Origin: an uncultured virus (IMG/VR IMGVR_UViG_3300036760_000418)
Lineage: Duplodnaviria; Heunggongvirae; Uroviricota; Caudoviricetes
Reading direction: 5' to 3' (one strand)
Virus record (IMG/VR): IMGVR_UViG_3300036760_000418
Length of the DNA: 64,000 nucleotides
In this document: positions 18,820 to 27,475 of the stretch, in pieces
Layout of the letters: every line of letters begins with the position of its first letter
Numbering within the stretch: position 1 is the first letter of the stretch
Position numbers and translations under genes: made by a program
The notes under the pieces: generated by a model
The model's database searches: none
What the model was told of the DNA's origin: nothing
What the model saw: only the letters and a program-made list of their open reading frames with translations

Positions 18820-21200
18820 ACGCTGTACTTTTAGGTGATTGTTTAGAGATACTCCCAACTCTTCCTGCGTCATCGATAGACTGTGTTGTGTGTGATCCTC
18901 CGTACGGGCTCGGGAACCGGGAGCCTACGCTCGATGAGATCCTGGCCTATCTGCAAGGCTCGGGTCTGAACACTGGCGGCGACTTCATGGGCCATGCCTG
19001 GCAGATACCGTCAGTCGCGGTCTGGCGAGAGTGCTTCCGTGTACTCAAACCTGGAGGGCATCTCCTGAGTTTTGCTGGGACCCGGACCATCGGCCTCATC
19101 CATGTGGGGATCCAGGCGGCTGGGTTTCAGTGCCGAGATACGGTGGCGACGCAGTTTGGGACCACGGTATTACAGTGGGTTTACGGTTGTTTGAGTGCGG
19201 ACACCGAGGTCTTGACTCCGGGTGGGTGGGAACGGTACCATACAGCCCGTGAGAAAAGTATCCTCATCTACGATCTTCAAACGGACATTTACCAATGGGA
19301 GAAACCCCAAAGGTGGTATGTTTACCCTGTCGAGTCGGATACCGCTTACCGTATTCAATCAGGTTACACAGACCAAATCGTCAGCCGAGGTCATCGTTGC
19401 CTTGTTGAACGAGACGGAGAACTCTTACTCATTCCGGCAGAAGAACTCGCTGGTGTGGAGTTTGTGCCAGCATTGCCCGACAATTTTTGTGGCCTACCGG
19501 AGGAACTCTCACAAGTATTGCAGCCGTCAATGCAATGGGGTTTACCGGGGCAAGAATTGGGCGACGCATGCTCACAAGGGACGAGCGGCGTGGACGGCTA
19601 CGAGTCAGGCCAACCACAGTCAAAAGATGACTGGAGAGAAGAATCCAGCGTGGCGGGGCGGCTTGACCTACTTCAAGCGAAAGGGCAAGTACGGGGATCA
19701 GTCCATCAAGTACATTCGCTGTCCACCGACGTTCATAACGATGTCGCGGAAGGACGGTTACGTTATGGAGCACCGTATAGTGGTGGCATTGGTGCTGGGC
19801 AGACCTCTGACGCGGGTGGAGTGTGTTCATCACATAAATCACAATGCCACGGACAATCGGTTGGAAAACTTGATGCTGTTCAGGTCGAACGCAGATCACA
19901 AGCGTTACGAACACGGCCAACCTATCGAACCGATTTGGCAACTATCACGGGTGTGATCTACTCCGGTGTTTTCTTCTGCCCTACCGTGTCTACGGGTGTC
20001 TTTATAGCACGTAGAAATGGCAAAGTGTTCCTGACTGGTAACTCAGGGTTCCCTAAATCCCTTAACATTGCCAAAGCTCTCAAGAAGGCGGGTGCTGCCC
20101 CCGAGGTCGCGGCGCGTTGGGAAGGGTGGGGTACGGCGTTAAAACCAGCATGGGAGCCCGTGCTGGTTTTCCGGAAGCCCCTTGAGGAATCGACGGTAGT
20201 GGCTCAGGTGTTGGCCACAGGGACGGGTGGCCTCAACATCGACGCGCTTCGGATCACCACTCAAGAGAATTTGGGTGGTGCAGGGGAATTTCAGCAACCC
20301 TCCGGGCGTTGGCCTGCGAACGTGCTGCTGGTCCACCAAGAGGGCTGCAAGCAGGTCGGGACTCAAAGGGTCAAGGCTCCCGTGATCAACCGCTTCGATG
20401 ATGGGATGAAGCCCTTCGGGGACGGTGCGGGGCACGCCTTTACTTCGACACAGACCGGCGATGCTGACGGGATGGAGGAAGTTCCGGTCTACGAGTGCGA
20501 GGATGGGTGCCCGGTCAAGCTGTTGGATCAGCAGAGCGGTGTGCTCAAGAGTGGTGCCTTTGATCAGGCCAGTAAGAAAGCCGAGAACACAATCTACGGC
20601 AAGCACCCTGCCTACTCTGAACCGAAGCAGTATGAAGTTAGCGTAGGCGGGGCCTCCCGCTTCTTCGGCCAGATCCAACCCGACGCCCCGTTCCTATACA
20701 CAGCCAAGGTCAGCAAGTCGGAGCGCAACCGGGGCCTGACCTCAGAAGGCTTCCGCGAAGGCCTGGTGGTGCTCAAGGATGACCTGCCACCCGAGGCTCT
20801 GGAGCTTCTGGCTGACCAGTGGCCCGAGACTTTACCGTCTCCTACGGGCCCTCTGGACAAGACACTGGTGCCCGAGGCCTTCACCCAATTCTTCGAGGAC
20901 TTGAAGCCTGGGGTCAATCCGCACCCAACCATAAAACCATTGGCTTTAATGACGTGGCTTGTGAAGCTCGTGGCCCCAAAGGGTTCGGTGATCCTGGATC
21001 CTTATTTTGGCTCTGGGACCACAGGGCTAGCCGCGTTGGAGGCGGATTGCACCTTCATTGGCATTGAGCGGGATCCTGTATTCCACGGGGTTGCCAAGAG
21101 TCGCATCGAAGGCATGGCCGATACTCTTGAGGCCAGCGCCGATGACCGTAGGGCCCGTGAAGTGTTTGCCCTCATGCAAGAACTAGCGGGGGATGAGTGA
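18804..21200 (+). CDS. N4/N6 DNA methyltransferase containing an intein
   Basis: CDPPYG, HPTIKP, LDPYFGSGTTG. Confidence 0.9.
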   Translation: MSLPLNAVLLGDCLEILPTLPASSIDCVVCDPPYGLGNREPTLDEILAYLQGSGLNTGGDFMGHAWQIPSVAVWRECFRVLKPGGHLLSFAGTRTIGLIHVGIQAAGFQCRDTVATQFGTTVLQWVYGCLSADTEVLTPGGWERYHTAREKSILIYDLQTDIYQWEKPQRWYVYPVESDTAYRIQSGYTDQIVSRGHRCLVERDGELLLIPAEELAGVEFVPALPDNFCGLPEELSQVLQPSMQWGLPGQELGDACSQGTSGVDGYESGQPQSKDDWREESSVAGRLDLLQAKGQVRGSVHQVHSLSTDVHNDVAEGRLRYGAPYSGGIGAGQTSDAGGVCSSHKSQCHGQSVGKLDAVQVERRSQALRTRPTYRTDLATITGVIYSGVFFCPTVSTGVFIARRNGKVFLTGNSGFPKSLNIAKALKKAGAAPEVAARWEGWGTALKPAWEPVLVFRKPLEESTVVAQVLATGTGGLNIDALRITTQENLGGAGEFQQPSGRWPANVLLVHQEGCKQVGTQRVKAPVINRFDDGMKPFGDGAGHAFTSTQTGDADGMEEVPVYECEDGCPVKLLDQQSGVLKSGAFDQASKKAENTIYGKHPAYSEPKQYEVSVGGASRFFGQIQPDAPFLYTAKVSKSERNRGLTSEGFREGLVVLKDDLPPEALELLADQWPETLPSPTGPLDKTLVPEAFTQFFEDLKPGVNPHPTIKPLALMTWLVKLVAPKGSVILDPYFGSGTTGLAALEADCTFIGIERDPVFHGVAKSRIEGMADTLEASADDRRAREVFALMQELAGDE
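19188..20042 (+). mobile_element. intein (285 aa) in the methyltransferase
   Basis: Begins CLSADTEVLT, block B VSRGHR, ends GKVFLTGN followed by Ser. Confidence 0.85.
19222..19956 (+). CDS. HNH homing endonuclease nested out of frame within the intein
   Basis: CQHC..YCSRQC; EHRIVV...VHHINHNATDNRLENL; start uncertain. Confidence 0.75.
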   Translation: MGGNGTIQPVRKVSSSTIFKRTFTNGRNPKGGMFTLSSRIPLTVFNQVTQTKSSAEVIVALLNETENSYSFRQKNSLVWSLCQHCPTIFVAYRRNSHKYCSRQCNGVYRGKNWATHAHKGRAAWTATSQANHSQKMTGEKNPAWRGGLTYFKRKGKYGDQSIKYIRCPPTFITMSRKDGYVMEHRIVVALVLGRPLTRVECVHHINHNATDNRLENLMLFRSNADHKRYEHGQPIEPIWQLSRV

Positions 21201-21225
21201 TGTCCCGCTACCCTTCAGGGGCTGA

Positions 21226-22059
21226 ATGACTGTCGTTGGGCTCTCAGACCGGCGTTGCCCTAAGTGTGGGAACAGGATGCCGCCGATGCCCTCGGGGGTA
21301 TTCTCCTGCACAATGCGCTGTCACAACTGTGGCTCGTCTGTGGGTATGAACGCCCTGGCTCTTGATACCAGTCTCGTGTGGGACGCCACGGCTCTTGGTA
21401 CCAGTCTCGTGCAGGACTCGGTTGTTGATCAGAAGTACGAAATCGTTTACGCGGACTTCCCTTGGCCATACACAGCGTTCGGTACTGCCAAAGTCACTTA
21501 CAACATGATGTCTGAGAAAGAGATCTCAGAGTTCGATTGGTCGATCTTTCTTGCTAAGCGGGCCGCAGTGTTCAGTTGGGTCACGGGTCCTAAGCTAGAT
21601 CTTGCGATGCGGTGTGCAGAGCAGTGGCGGGAACGGCACGGGCTCCATTACCAGGGGATCGCTTACATCTGGGTCAAGACCACCAAGGATGGTGCTCCAA
21701 TCAAAGCGGCGGGGCCTCGTCCTAGGTTTGTGAAGCCCTTGGATGAACTGCTCCTGGTCTTTTCAACGACCCCCAATGAGAGGGTCTTCCCGCTGTTGTC
21801 CGAGAGCCAGGTGCAGCACCAATTCGAGGAGTGCCTGATGGACTCGGGCTATGTGCTGGCCCCTAAGCAACAGCTACACTCGAAAAAACCGGCGGTGTTT
21901 CGAGACTTGATTGTTGAATTGCTTGGGGATCGTCCCCGGGTGGAACTTTTTGCTCGTAGTCGTCACCCTGGTTGGGCTGCTTGGGGTCTTGAGGCAGACG
22001 TTCCTAAGACCGCGATGGACCTCGTACAAGAGCTAGCACAGGACGACGATCCGGTGTAA
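21226..22059 (+). CDS. MT-A70 family adenine methyltransferase
   Basis: YADFPW, WVKTT, HSKKP, VELFAR. Confidence 0.85.
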   Translation: MTVVGLSDRRCPKCGNRMPPMPSGVFSCTMRCHNCGSSVGMNALALDTSLVWDATALGTSLVQDSVVDQKYEIVYADFPWPYTAFGTAKVTYNMMSEKEISEFDWSIFLAKRAAVFSWVTGPKLDLAMRCAEQWRERHGLHYQGIAYIWVKTTKDGAPIKAAGPRPRFVKPLDELLLVFSTTPNERVFPLLSESQVQHQFEECLMDSGYVLAPKQQLHSKKPAVFRDLIVELLGDRPRVELFARSRHPGWAAWGLEADVPKTAMDLVQELAQDDDPV

Positions 22060-22070
22060 CCTTCGGGACA

Positions 22071-22403
22071 ATGTGGTTCAAGCAAAAGACCGTCTGCGAG
22101 CGCCAAGGGCACAGTTGGAATGAGCGTGGAGGCTTCTCTGACGGGAACGGTGGCACAATTATACGGCCCTTGAATGGGTCCTGTTGTCTCAAGTGTCCTG
22201 CGATCTACAAGTCCCCGCCCCCACCGCCCGTGCTTTCGTCTGATCGAATTCAAGCTCTCCAGTACCTGCTCGGCAACTACAACAAGCTGAAAAAGATTTC
22301 GGCGCAGTACCCGACCTTCGGTACCGTTGGTACATGCCCGATTGAAATCTCCTATGAGCGGACGTTGGATCAGGAGATCCAGAGACTGTGGGATGCTCTG
22401 TGA
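22071..22403 (+). CDS. hypothetical protein
   Basis: ORF in co-oriented run. Confidence 0.5.
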   Translation: MWFKQKTVCERQGHSWNERGGFSDGNGGTIIRPLNGSCCLKCPAIYKSPPPPPVLSSDRIQALQYLLGNYNKLKKISAQYPTFGTVGTCPIEISYERTLDQEIQRLWDAL

Positions 22404-22954
22404 GCGCTCTACTTTCACAGCTTATGCGGTTTGCTCAAGGCAATGAACCTTGGTGTGCCATTCCGTTTTCGCTCAAGATCAAGAAAACTGTGTGGTCGGT
22501 CGCAACCGACGGTTACGTGATGCTGGCCATCAAGCTACCGGGTGCCAGCTCACGAAAGGATTGGCCCAAGCGGATCCCTTCTTTGTTGACCGATGCTGCT
22601 GTGGATCCGGTTGAGCTGGACCTGGTGCAGCTCAAGGCATGGGCCGGTGACCCACCTTCGGCACTCGTACCACGGGGAGACGTGAGTCACGATCAGCAAG
22701 TGGTTCTTCTGGGTCAGATTGTGGATCGTCGAAAGCTCGCATATCTGTTTGCTCGGCTGAGTTTACCCAAGGTGAACGCTTGGGTGTTTGAGCCCGGGTT
22801 GTTGGCGTTCGAGCCTGCACAGAGACAGTGGCGGGGTTTTCTTGCGTGCCTAGATGGGGATCCCGATGGGGATGAACCCGTGTTTGACCCGGCGGCTGGT
22901 CCGACCCCAGCGAAGTCCGTGTTTGATCTGGCTGAGGAAGCGGGGACCGAATGA
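22388..22954 (+). CDS. hypothetical protein (ATDG motif)
   Basis: ORF; start may be GTG at 22400. Confidence 0.55.
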   Translation: MGCSVSALLSQLMRFAQGNEPWCAIPFSLKIKKTVWSVATDGYVMLAIKLPGASSRKDWPKRIPSLLTDAAVDPVELDLVQLKAWAGDPPSALVPRGDVSHDQQVVLLGQIVDRRKLAYLFARLSLPKVNAWVFEPGLLAFEPAQRQWRGFLACLDGDPDGDEPVFDPAAGPTPAKSVFDLAEEAGTE

Positions 22955-23358
22955 TGCCGGGTTGGTGGTTGAGGCAGCGAGCCCTTTCCAGGGCCAAGAA
23001 GGATGCCCGTAAGGCGGCGGCCCTTCGTGCGGCTCAGGACGCTTGGTCCTACACACCCAGGCGTGATCCTGAGCCGGGACCGCTCAAGCCATACGATCCA
23101 TCCCCGAACCCAACGTCATGGTACCAGTTCTGTACGGATCGGCAGGCCGCCTATGAGTCCAGGGGCGATGATGTGGCGGCGATGGCCTACTGGGCTCTGC
23201 GGTCGTTCGACCTAGGGAAGAGCCCTGACCCGTGTACTGACGAGGGATACCAAGAGTTGTGCGACTACTGGGCGTACAAGATGGACTGGCTAGAAGAAAG
23301 GCAAAAGCCCAGGGTGAGAAGTTGGCGCGTCAACACGGCGGCTTTGCGGCTTCCTTGA
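22951..23358 (+). CDS. hypothetical protein
   Basis: ATGA overlap with upstream stop. Confidence 0.5.
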   Translation: MMPGWWLRQRALSRAKKDARKAAALRAAQDAWSYTPRRDPEPGPLKPYDPSPNPTSWYQFCTDRQAAYESRGDDVAAMAYWALRSFDLGKSPDPCTDEGYQELCDYWAYKMDWLEERQKPRVRSWRVNTAALRLP

Positions 23359-23875
23359 AGTGATCCATGGGGCGAACGTTGGGTAAGGTCCTCGGGCCCT
23401 TTTCCCAATCGTCCCCACGCTTCAAGAGCCAGAGCGCTTTGGCTCGGGTGAGGTTGGTGGTGTCCTTGGCGTCGATCACGGCGATCCAACGGTCGGACCC
23501 ACCCTTGAGCAAGCGTTCCGCAGCCGCCTTGGCCTTGTCTTCGCTATCGTAGGGTCCGCCGGTTCCTCCGGATTGATAGACCAGCTCGAAGCGGGTGCTG
23601 GCACGGCGGTCGTAGCTGTACTTGGTCATGTTGTCTCTTTCACGGTGCGGTGCTAGTCGAACAACCCAGATAGAGTTTGAGCGAGTCGCGATATCCCATT
23701 TCATGTCTGTCTCATCATCATGTACCTTTAGCAACGATGGGCTGGACTGAATCACCGTACCCGTGACCTCTACTGGCTTTGCCGATAGCCCATACACAGC
23801 GACCACCCTACTGCCTACTGGGAACTTGGGGTGCTGGCGGGAAGCCTGTCGGCGGTCGTAGCTGTAGTTCACCAT
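23330..23875 (-). CDS. hypothetical protein with two YSYDRR motifs
   Basis: MVNYSYDRRQAS and MTKYSYDRRAS. Confidence 0.6.
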   Translation of the reverse strand: MVNYSYDRRQASRQHPKFPVGSRVVAVYGLSAKPVEVTGTVIQSSPSLLKVHDDETDMKWDIATRSNSIWVVRLAPHRERDNMTKYSYDRRASTRFELVYQSGGTGGPYDSEDKAKAAAERLLKGGSDRWIAVIDAKDTTNLTRAKALWLLKRGDDWEKGPRTLPNVRPMDHFKEAAKPPC

Positions 23876-24486
23876 GTGAGATTTCCTTCAATTTTGCGTT
23901 GGCGGAGCATCGCTACGATGTAGGGTCCAATTGCAACCGAAGCGTAGAAGCCCCCGGCCCAGCGCTTACGATCGTAGTCGTTGCCGGTCTTGAGCGCTCG
24001 TTCCCGACGGTTCCGAATGTTGTCGGCCGCTGCTTTGATCATGTCGTCTCGGTAGACGCCCCAGCAAGGCGCGTGGGCCATAACCCAGACAGAGTAATCG
24101 ACCCAGCCCTCTTCGTAAAAGGGATCGCCCTCGGGGAATCGAGCGAGGGCCCCGTGGGTCATCTCGTGCGTGAGCTTCTCTAGGGTTACGCCCGCGAGGC
24201 CTTCCACGGAAGTGGCCAACCTGATCTGCCCGTCCGAGAGGTCGAAGCTGGCGTTGGCCCCTGCGATGTGGAAGCCATCGGTGATCTCTAGGATCTCGCC
24301 CCGGGGGTTGACGCCGTAGGGTCCGAGGGCCTGGAGGACGAAGCCGTGGATCCTTGGGGCCCAGAACTCTACGAAGGAATTCCACTCCGGGGTGAAGATG
24401 CGGCAGACGAACGGTTGCCCTTTGGCGTCAGAGGACGCCTGGCGGAGCATGCGTTGCACATCTTCAGGTATTTTAGCGTTCGTCAT
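23869..24486 (-). CDS. zincin-like metallopeptidase
   Basis: THEMTH ... YEEG. Confidence 0.6.
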   Translation of the reverse strand: MTNAKIPEDVQRMLRQASSDAKGQPFVCRIFTPEWNSFVEFWAPRIHGFVLQALGPYGVNPRGEILEITDGFHIAGANASFDLSDGQIRLATSVEGLAGVTLEKLTHEMTHGALARFPEGDPFYEEGWVDYSVWVMAHAPCWGVYRDDMIKAAADNIRNRRERALKTGNDYDRKRWAGGFYASVAIGPYIVAMLRQRKIEGNLTW

Positions 24487-24579
24487 TGGCCCACCCGACC
24501 TGCCCGGTCAGCTCTCGTTCCCAGCATGTCATTTTCGGTTGCCTCATAGTGGGTTTCGCAAAAGAACTTTTGAGAATCT

Positions 24580-25209
24580 ATGGGTATGCCGAACAACATG
24601 CCGGACACCGCCTCCATCTTGAGCCCCACCGGGGCCGTCTTTGCCCCGAACTGGACCTTGACGGGGGTCAACGGTACGGACTCGAACCCCGGGTACGTGT
24701 CGAGGCCTGTTCCTGGCGTGCTACTCGCGACCCAAGGGATCGGCCAATTCCAGGTCCAGCACGGGGGCCTTCGGGGCACCCTGACGGCTGAGGTGGTGGC
24801 GGGGGCCGTAGGGTCGTCCCGTGGCTTGGTTTCGCTCAGGGATACGCTCGCTAGCCCTCAATACGAGGTGCGGGTCTCGCTGGACAACCAGAACCGGCCC
24901 ACCGCAAGGGTTGTGGTCGCGGGAGTCAGTGTCGCGGTTTGGACCCCGACTTCGGGCGCAATCGCTGTCGGGACACCTTTCCAACTGCGTATGGTTTGGG
25001 ATTCGCTGATCCAGCACGCTAGCTATGGGGGTGCGTACGTGGATTTCGCCTTCTTCAATGGGGGTGTTCCGGCCGCAGGTTCGTGGACCACTGTTCCGAG
25101 CGCCCCTTTCGTGATGCAGGCGATGAGCTACGTGTTGACGGGCTTCGCTCCGACCCTGGGGGACTTCAACGGAACGGTGCGAAGTTTCCAGGTCGGGGAT
25201 CAAGTCTAA
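24580..25209 (+). CDS. putative beta-rich virion protein
   Basis: Gly/Val/Thr-rich ORF. Confidence 0.5.
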   Translation: MGMPNNMPDTASILSPTGAVFAPNWTLTGVNGTDSNPGYVSRPVPGVLLATQGIGQFQVQHGGLRGTLTAEVVAGAVGSSRGLVSLRDTLASPQYEVRVSLDNQNRPTARVVVAGVSVAVWTPTSGAIAVGTPFQLRMVWDSLIQHASYGGAYVDFAFFNGGVPAAGSWTTVPSAPFVMQAMSYVLTGFAPTLGDFNGTVRSFQVGDQV

Positions 25210-25387
25210 CCCCTAGACTTCACTTGGGTTTAGACCCAAGTGGAATTGTGGTCAGAAGAAAAGTAAGAATTCGTTACGAACCCGCTTGCACTTTCTACTT
25301 GTCGGGTGTACTTAGAGAAGACTAACCGATCAGCGACGAAGCCCAGGGCGGGCTAGGCCACGGCTTCCCAAGCACACGAAGACTACC

Positions 25388-25558
25388 ATGAGACACCCAG
25401 TCACAACCATAGCGACCACAAAGCAAGGAAAACTTGCTGGGTCGTGGTGTGCCCTGAGTGCGATGTCGTATCTCGGTAGCTTGCCCACGACCCATACCCA
25501 GGTCCAAGCCTCCGTGTTTACCAGCATTCAGAATGCGCGCCCGGAGGCAGATACATAG
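25388..25558 (+). CDS. putative leader peptide (56 aa) of the tRNA operon
   Basis: MRHPVTTIATT...PEADT*; stop overlaps anti-terminator. Confidence 0.55.
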   Translation: MRHPVTTIATTKQGKLAGSWCALSAMSYLGSLPTTHTQVQASVFTSIQNARPEADT

Positions 25559-25594
25559 GCGGACTTTCTCTCCACTCATCGAGTGACACGAGAC

Positions 25595-25625
25595 AGGCCG
25601 CCTAGGGAAACCAGGTGGCCTTTTT
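25595..25625 (+). terminator. intrinsic terminator / attenuator
   Basis: aggccgcct-agggaaacc-aggtggcct-tttt. Confidence 0.75.
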
Positions 25626-25647
25626 GGCGTTTAGGGCTTTGAAACAA

Positions 25648-25722
25648 CGAGGGCGACTGAATCCAGGGAGGATGCACCGACTGTAAATCGGCCCGAAAGT
25701 GGTTCGACTCCACCGCCCTCGA
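25648..25722 (+). tRNA. tRNA-Tyr(GTA)
   Basis: loop ctGTAaa, T-loop ttcgact. Confidence 0.75.
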
Positions 25723-25784
25723 CTACGAAAGATCACATGAACAAGGAGACAAAGATCAAGATGAAACCGTGACCGTTCCCTTCT

Positions 25785-25856
25785 GGGGGCGGCACCTGAT
25801 GGACGGGTACCGAGCTTTTAACTCGGTTTGCGTGGGTTCGATTCCCACCGCTCCTA
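25785..25856 (+). tRNA. tRNA-Lys(TTT)
   Basis: ccgag-ctTTTaa-ctcgg. Confidence 0.85.
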
Positions 25857-25859
25857 CTG

Positions 25860-25936
25860 CGCATCGCACACTCAACGGCTGAGTAGCTGGCTCTTAACCA
25901 GTCCAATACGGGGTTCGACTCCCCGGCGATGCACCA
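25860..25936 (+). tRNA. tRNA-Lys(CTT)
   Basis: ctCTTaa loop, encoded CCA. Confidence 0.85.
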
Positions 25937-25987
25937 AGACACGACGAGGCCCGTCAGGGATCAACCTCCGAACGCAAAGTGTCCTGA

Positions 25988-26003
25988 ATCTTTGAAAACT
26001 GAA
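25988..26003 (+). promoter_or_regulatory. rrn-type boxA-like antitermination site
   Basis: atctttgaaaactgaa. Confidence 0.5.
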
Positions 26004-26160
26004 TAGGAATTTCGGAAGGCGCGTGTAGCCTCGTTGCGGTCACGTGCTTCGGCACGATCTGCGACAAGGGCATGCGTCCGTTCGGGTGGGGCTCTGTTTG
26101 GCTCCTAAGGCCCAGAGCCCCACCAGGACAACTTTTCGGTTGGACACGATCCAACCTCAT

Positions 26161-26245
26161 TCCAGAGTAGTCTAATGGCAAGGCACACGGCTGTTAACCG
26201 TGCGGGGAAACCCAACTACAGGTTCGAGTCCTGTCTCTGGAGCCA
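26161..26245 (+). tRNA. tRNA-Asn(GTT), long variable arm
   Basis: cacgg-ctGTTaa-ccgtg; ggg-gaaa-ccc variable hairpin; CCA. Confidence 0.85.
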
Positions 26246-26366
26246 AGAGCGTTCAATCAGTAAGGCATACACGCATAGCTCATCGGTAGAGCATTTGGCA
26301 GAAAACCAAACTGGAGCGGGTTCAACTCCCGCTGCAAACAACTGCCTTACGTCTCGAACGCTCTTG
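26244..26366 (+). ncRNA. tRNA-like element embedded in a long closing stem
   Basis: D, anticodon (caGAAaa) and T arms flanked by caagagcgttc/gaacgctcttg and gtaaggca/tgccttac. Confidence 0.55.
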
Positions 26367-26371
26367 AACAT

Positions 26372-26440
26372 AGGTCGGGGGCTAAGGTAGCCGAACGGAT
26401 TCCAATCCCGTAGGACAGAGTTCGATTCTCTGCCGACCTG
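26372..26440 (+). tRNA. tRNA-Trp(CCA)
   Basis: ttCCAat loop. Confidence 0.75.
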
Positions 26441-26501
26441 CTAACTGGTCACACCCTCTGTACGGGGGATCGGTAAGGGCGAGGGTAGCGCCGCCAGTTT
26501 T

Positions 26502-26572
26502 GCCCCAGTAGCACAAAGGTTGTGCAACCGCTTCGTAAGCGGTCGGTCTCGGTTCGATTCCGAGTTGGGGCT
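26502..26572 (+). tRNA. tRNA-Thr(CGT)
   Basis: accgc-ttCGTaa-gcggt. Confidence 0.85.
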
Positions 26573-26648
26573 CTGGTATCCTGGCCAGCTAGATGACAGG
26601 CGTGCCCAAGGGTTCTACGCAGGACAGACTATTGTTACTAGTTCGATT

Positions 26649-26721
26649 GGACCTCAAGCTAACCAGGTGGAAGCGGCCCGCTGAAGACGGGCAGGGCTGG
26701 GTTCGATACCCAGGGGGTCCA
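26649..26721 (+). tRNA. tRNA-Phe(GAA)
   Basis: gcccg-ctGAAga-cgggc. Confidence 0.85.
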
Positions 26722-26828
26722 CTATGTCAATGAACAACAGCGGGCGAACCGCATCAAGCACTGCTGGACCCTCGGGTCTAGAAATGGCGTCCGCTAGGGG
26801 GCGTGGTGTGAAAACCTAGACCTTTTTC

Positions 26829-26900
26829 CGAGGTGTAGTGCATTGGTAGCACGTCAGTCTGGGGGACTGAAGGCAGCGAGTTCGATTCTCGCCACCTCGA
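26829..26900 (+). tRNA. tRNA-Pro(GGG)
   Basis: tcagt-ctGGGgg-actga. Confidence 0.85.
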
Positions 26901-26937
26901 CAACTGGAGTTCTTCGGGACTCCAGTGTAGTATAGGC

Positions 26938-27139
26938 AACATGATCGGCTGAAAGGACTGTAGCTCAAGCCCAACGCATTGCGGTGTGCAACGATTACGG
27001 AAAAGCGTGAGGAAGGGTCGCGAACCTCCCTCATGAAGCAGTGGTAACCGGAACCCCTGCACCGAACGTAGAGCGCCGGGCCAATAACCTGGAGGTTCCT
27101 GGGAGCAAAGACCAGGCAGTCCTTTGAACCGATCCTGTT
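26938..27139 (+). ncRNA. unidentified structured RNA (~200 nt)
   Basis: Ends pair: gatcgg/ccgatc, aaaggactg/cagtccttt. Confidence 0.45.
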
Positions 27140-27209
27140 AGGTCATGCGCTAAGGTAGCGGCTTCGACTCCAAATCGAAGTGGACAGCGTTCGATTCGCT
27201 GGTGGCCTG
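27140..27209 (+). tRNA. tRNA-Trp(CCA)
   Basis: ttcga-ctCCAaa-tcgaa. Confidence 0.8.
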
Positions 27210-27400
27210 CCGCCTTGATCAGATCCGACCGTAATAATCGGGTCGTAGGCTTCAATACCAGACAGCAGGCTTATGGCCTGTAGAACGCACGCCCCTCGAA
27301 AGGCTCATGCGGTCGGCAAGTAGGAGGGTCTAGCAACCTCCAAAAGCTAAGTCGGGCCGGTTCCTTGCTACGGAACCAACTGCCGAAGATCAAGGTTTTT

Positions 27401-27475
27401 GCGGATATAGCCAAGTGGTATGGCGTCTGCTTGCCAAGCAGAATCTCGCGAGTTCGATTCTCGCTATCCGCACCA
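27401..27475 (+). tRNA. tRNA-Gly(GCC)
   Basis: tctgc-ttGCCaa-gcaga; CCA. Confidence 0.9.

Noticed and set aside
21349..21415. Short tandem duplication in the MT-A70 gene
   Set aside because: Two in-frame copies (ALDTSLVWD/ALGTSLVQD) in a linker; probably simple slippage.
26938..27139. RNase P RNA
   Set aside because: Only fragments resemble it; no GAGGAAAGUCC or 3' P4 partner seen.
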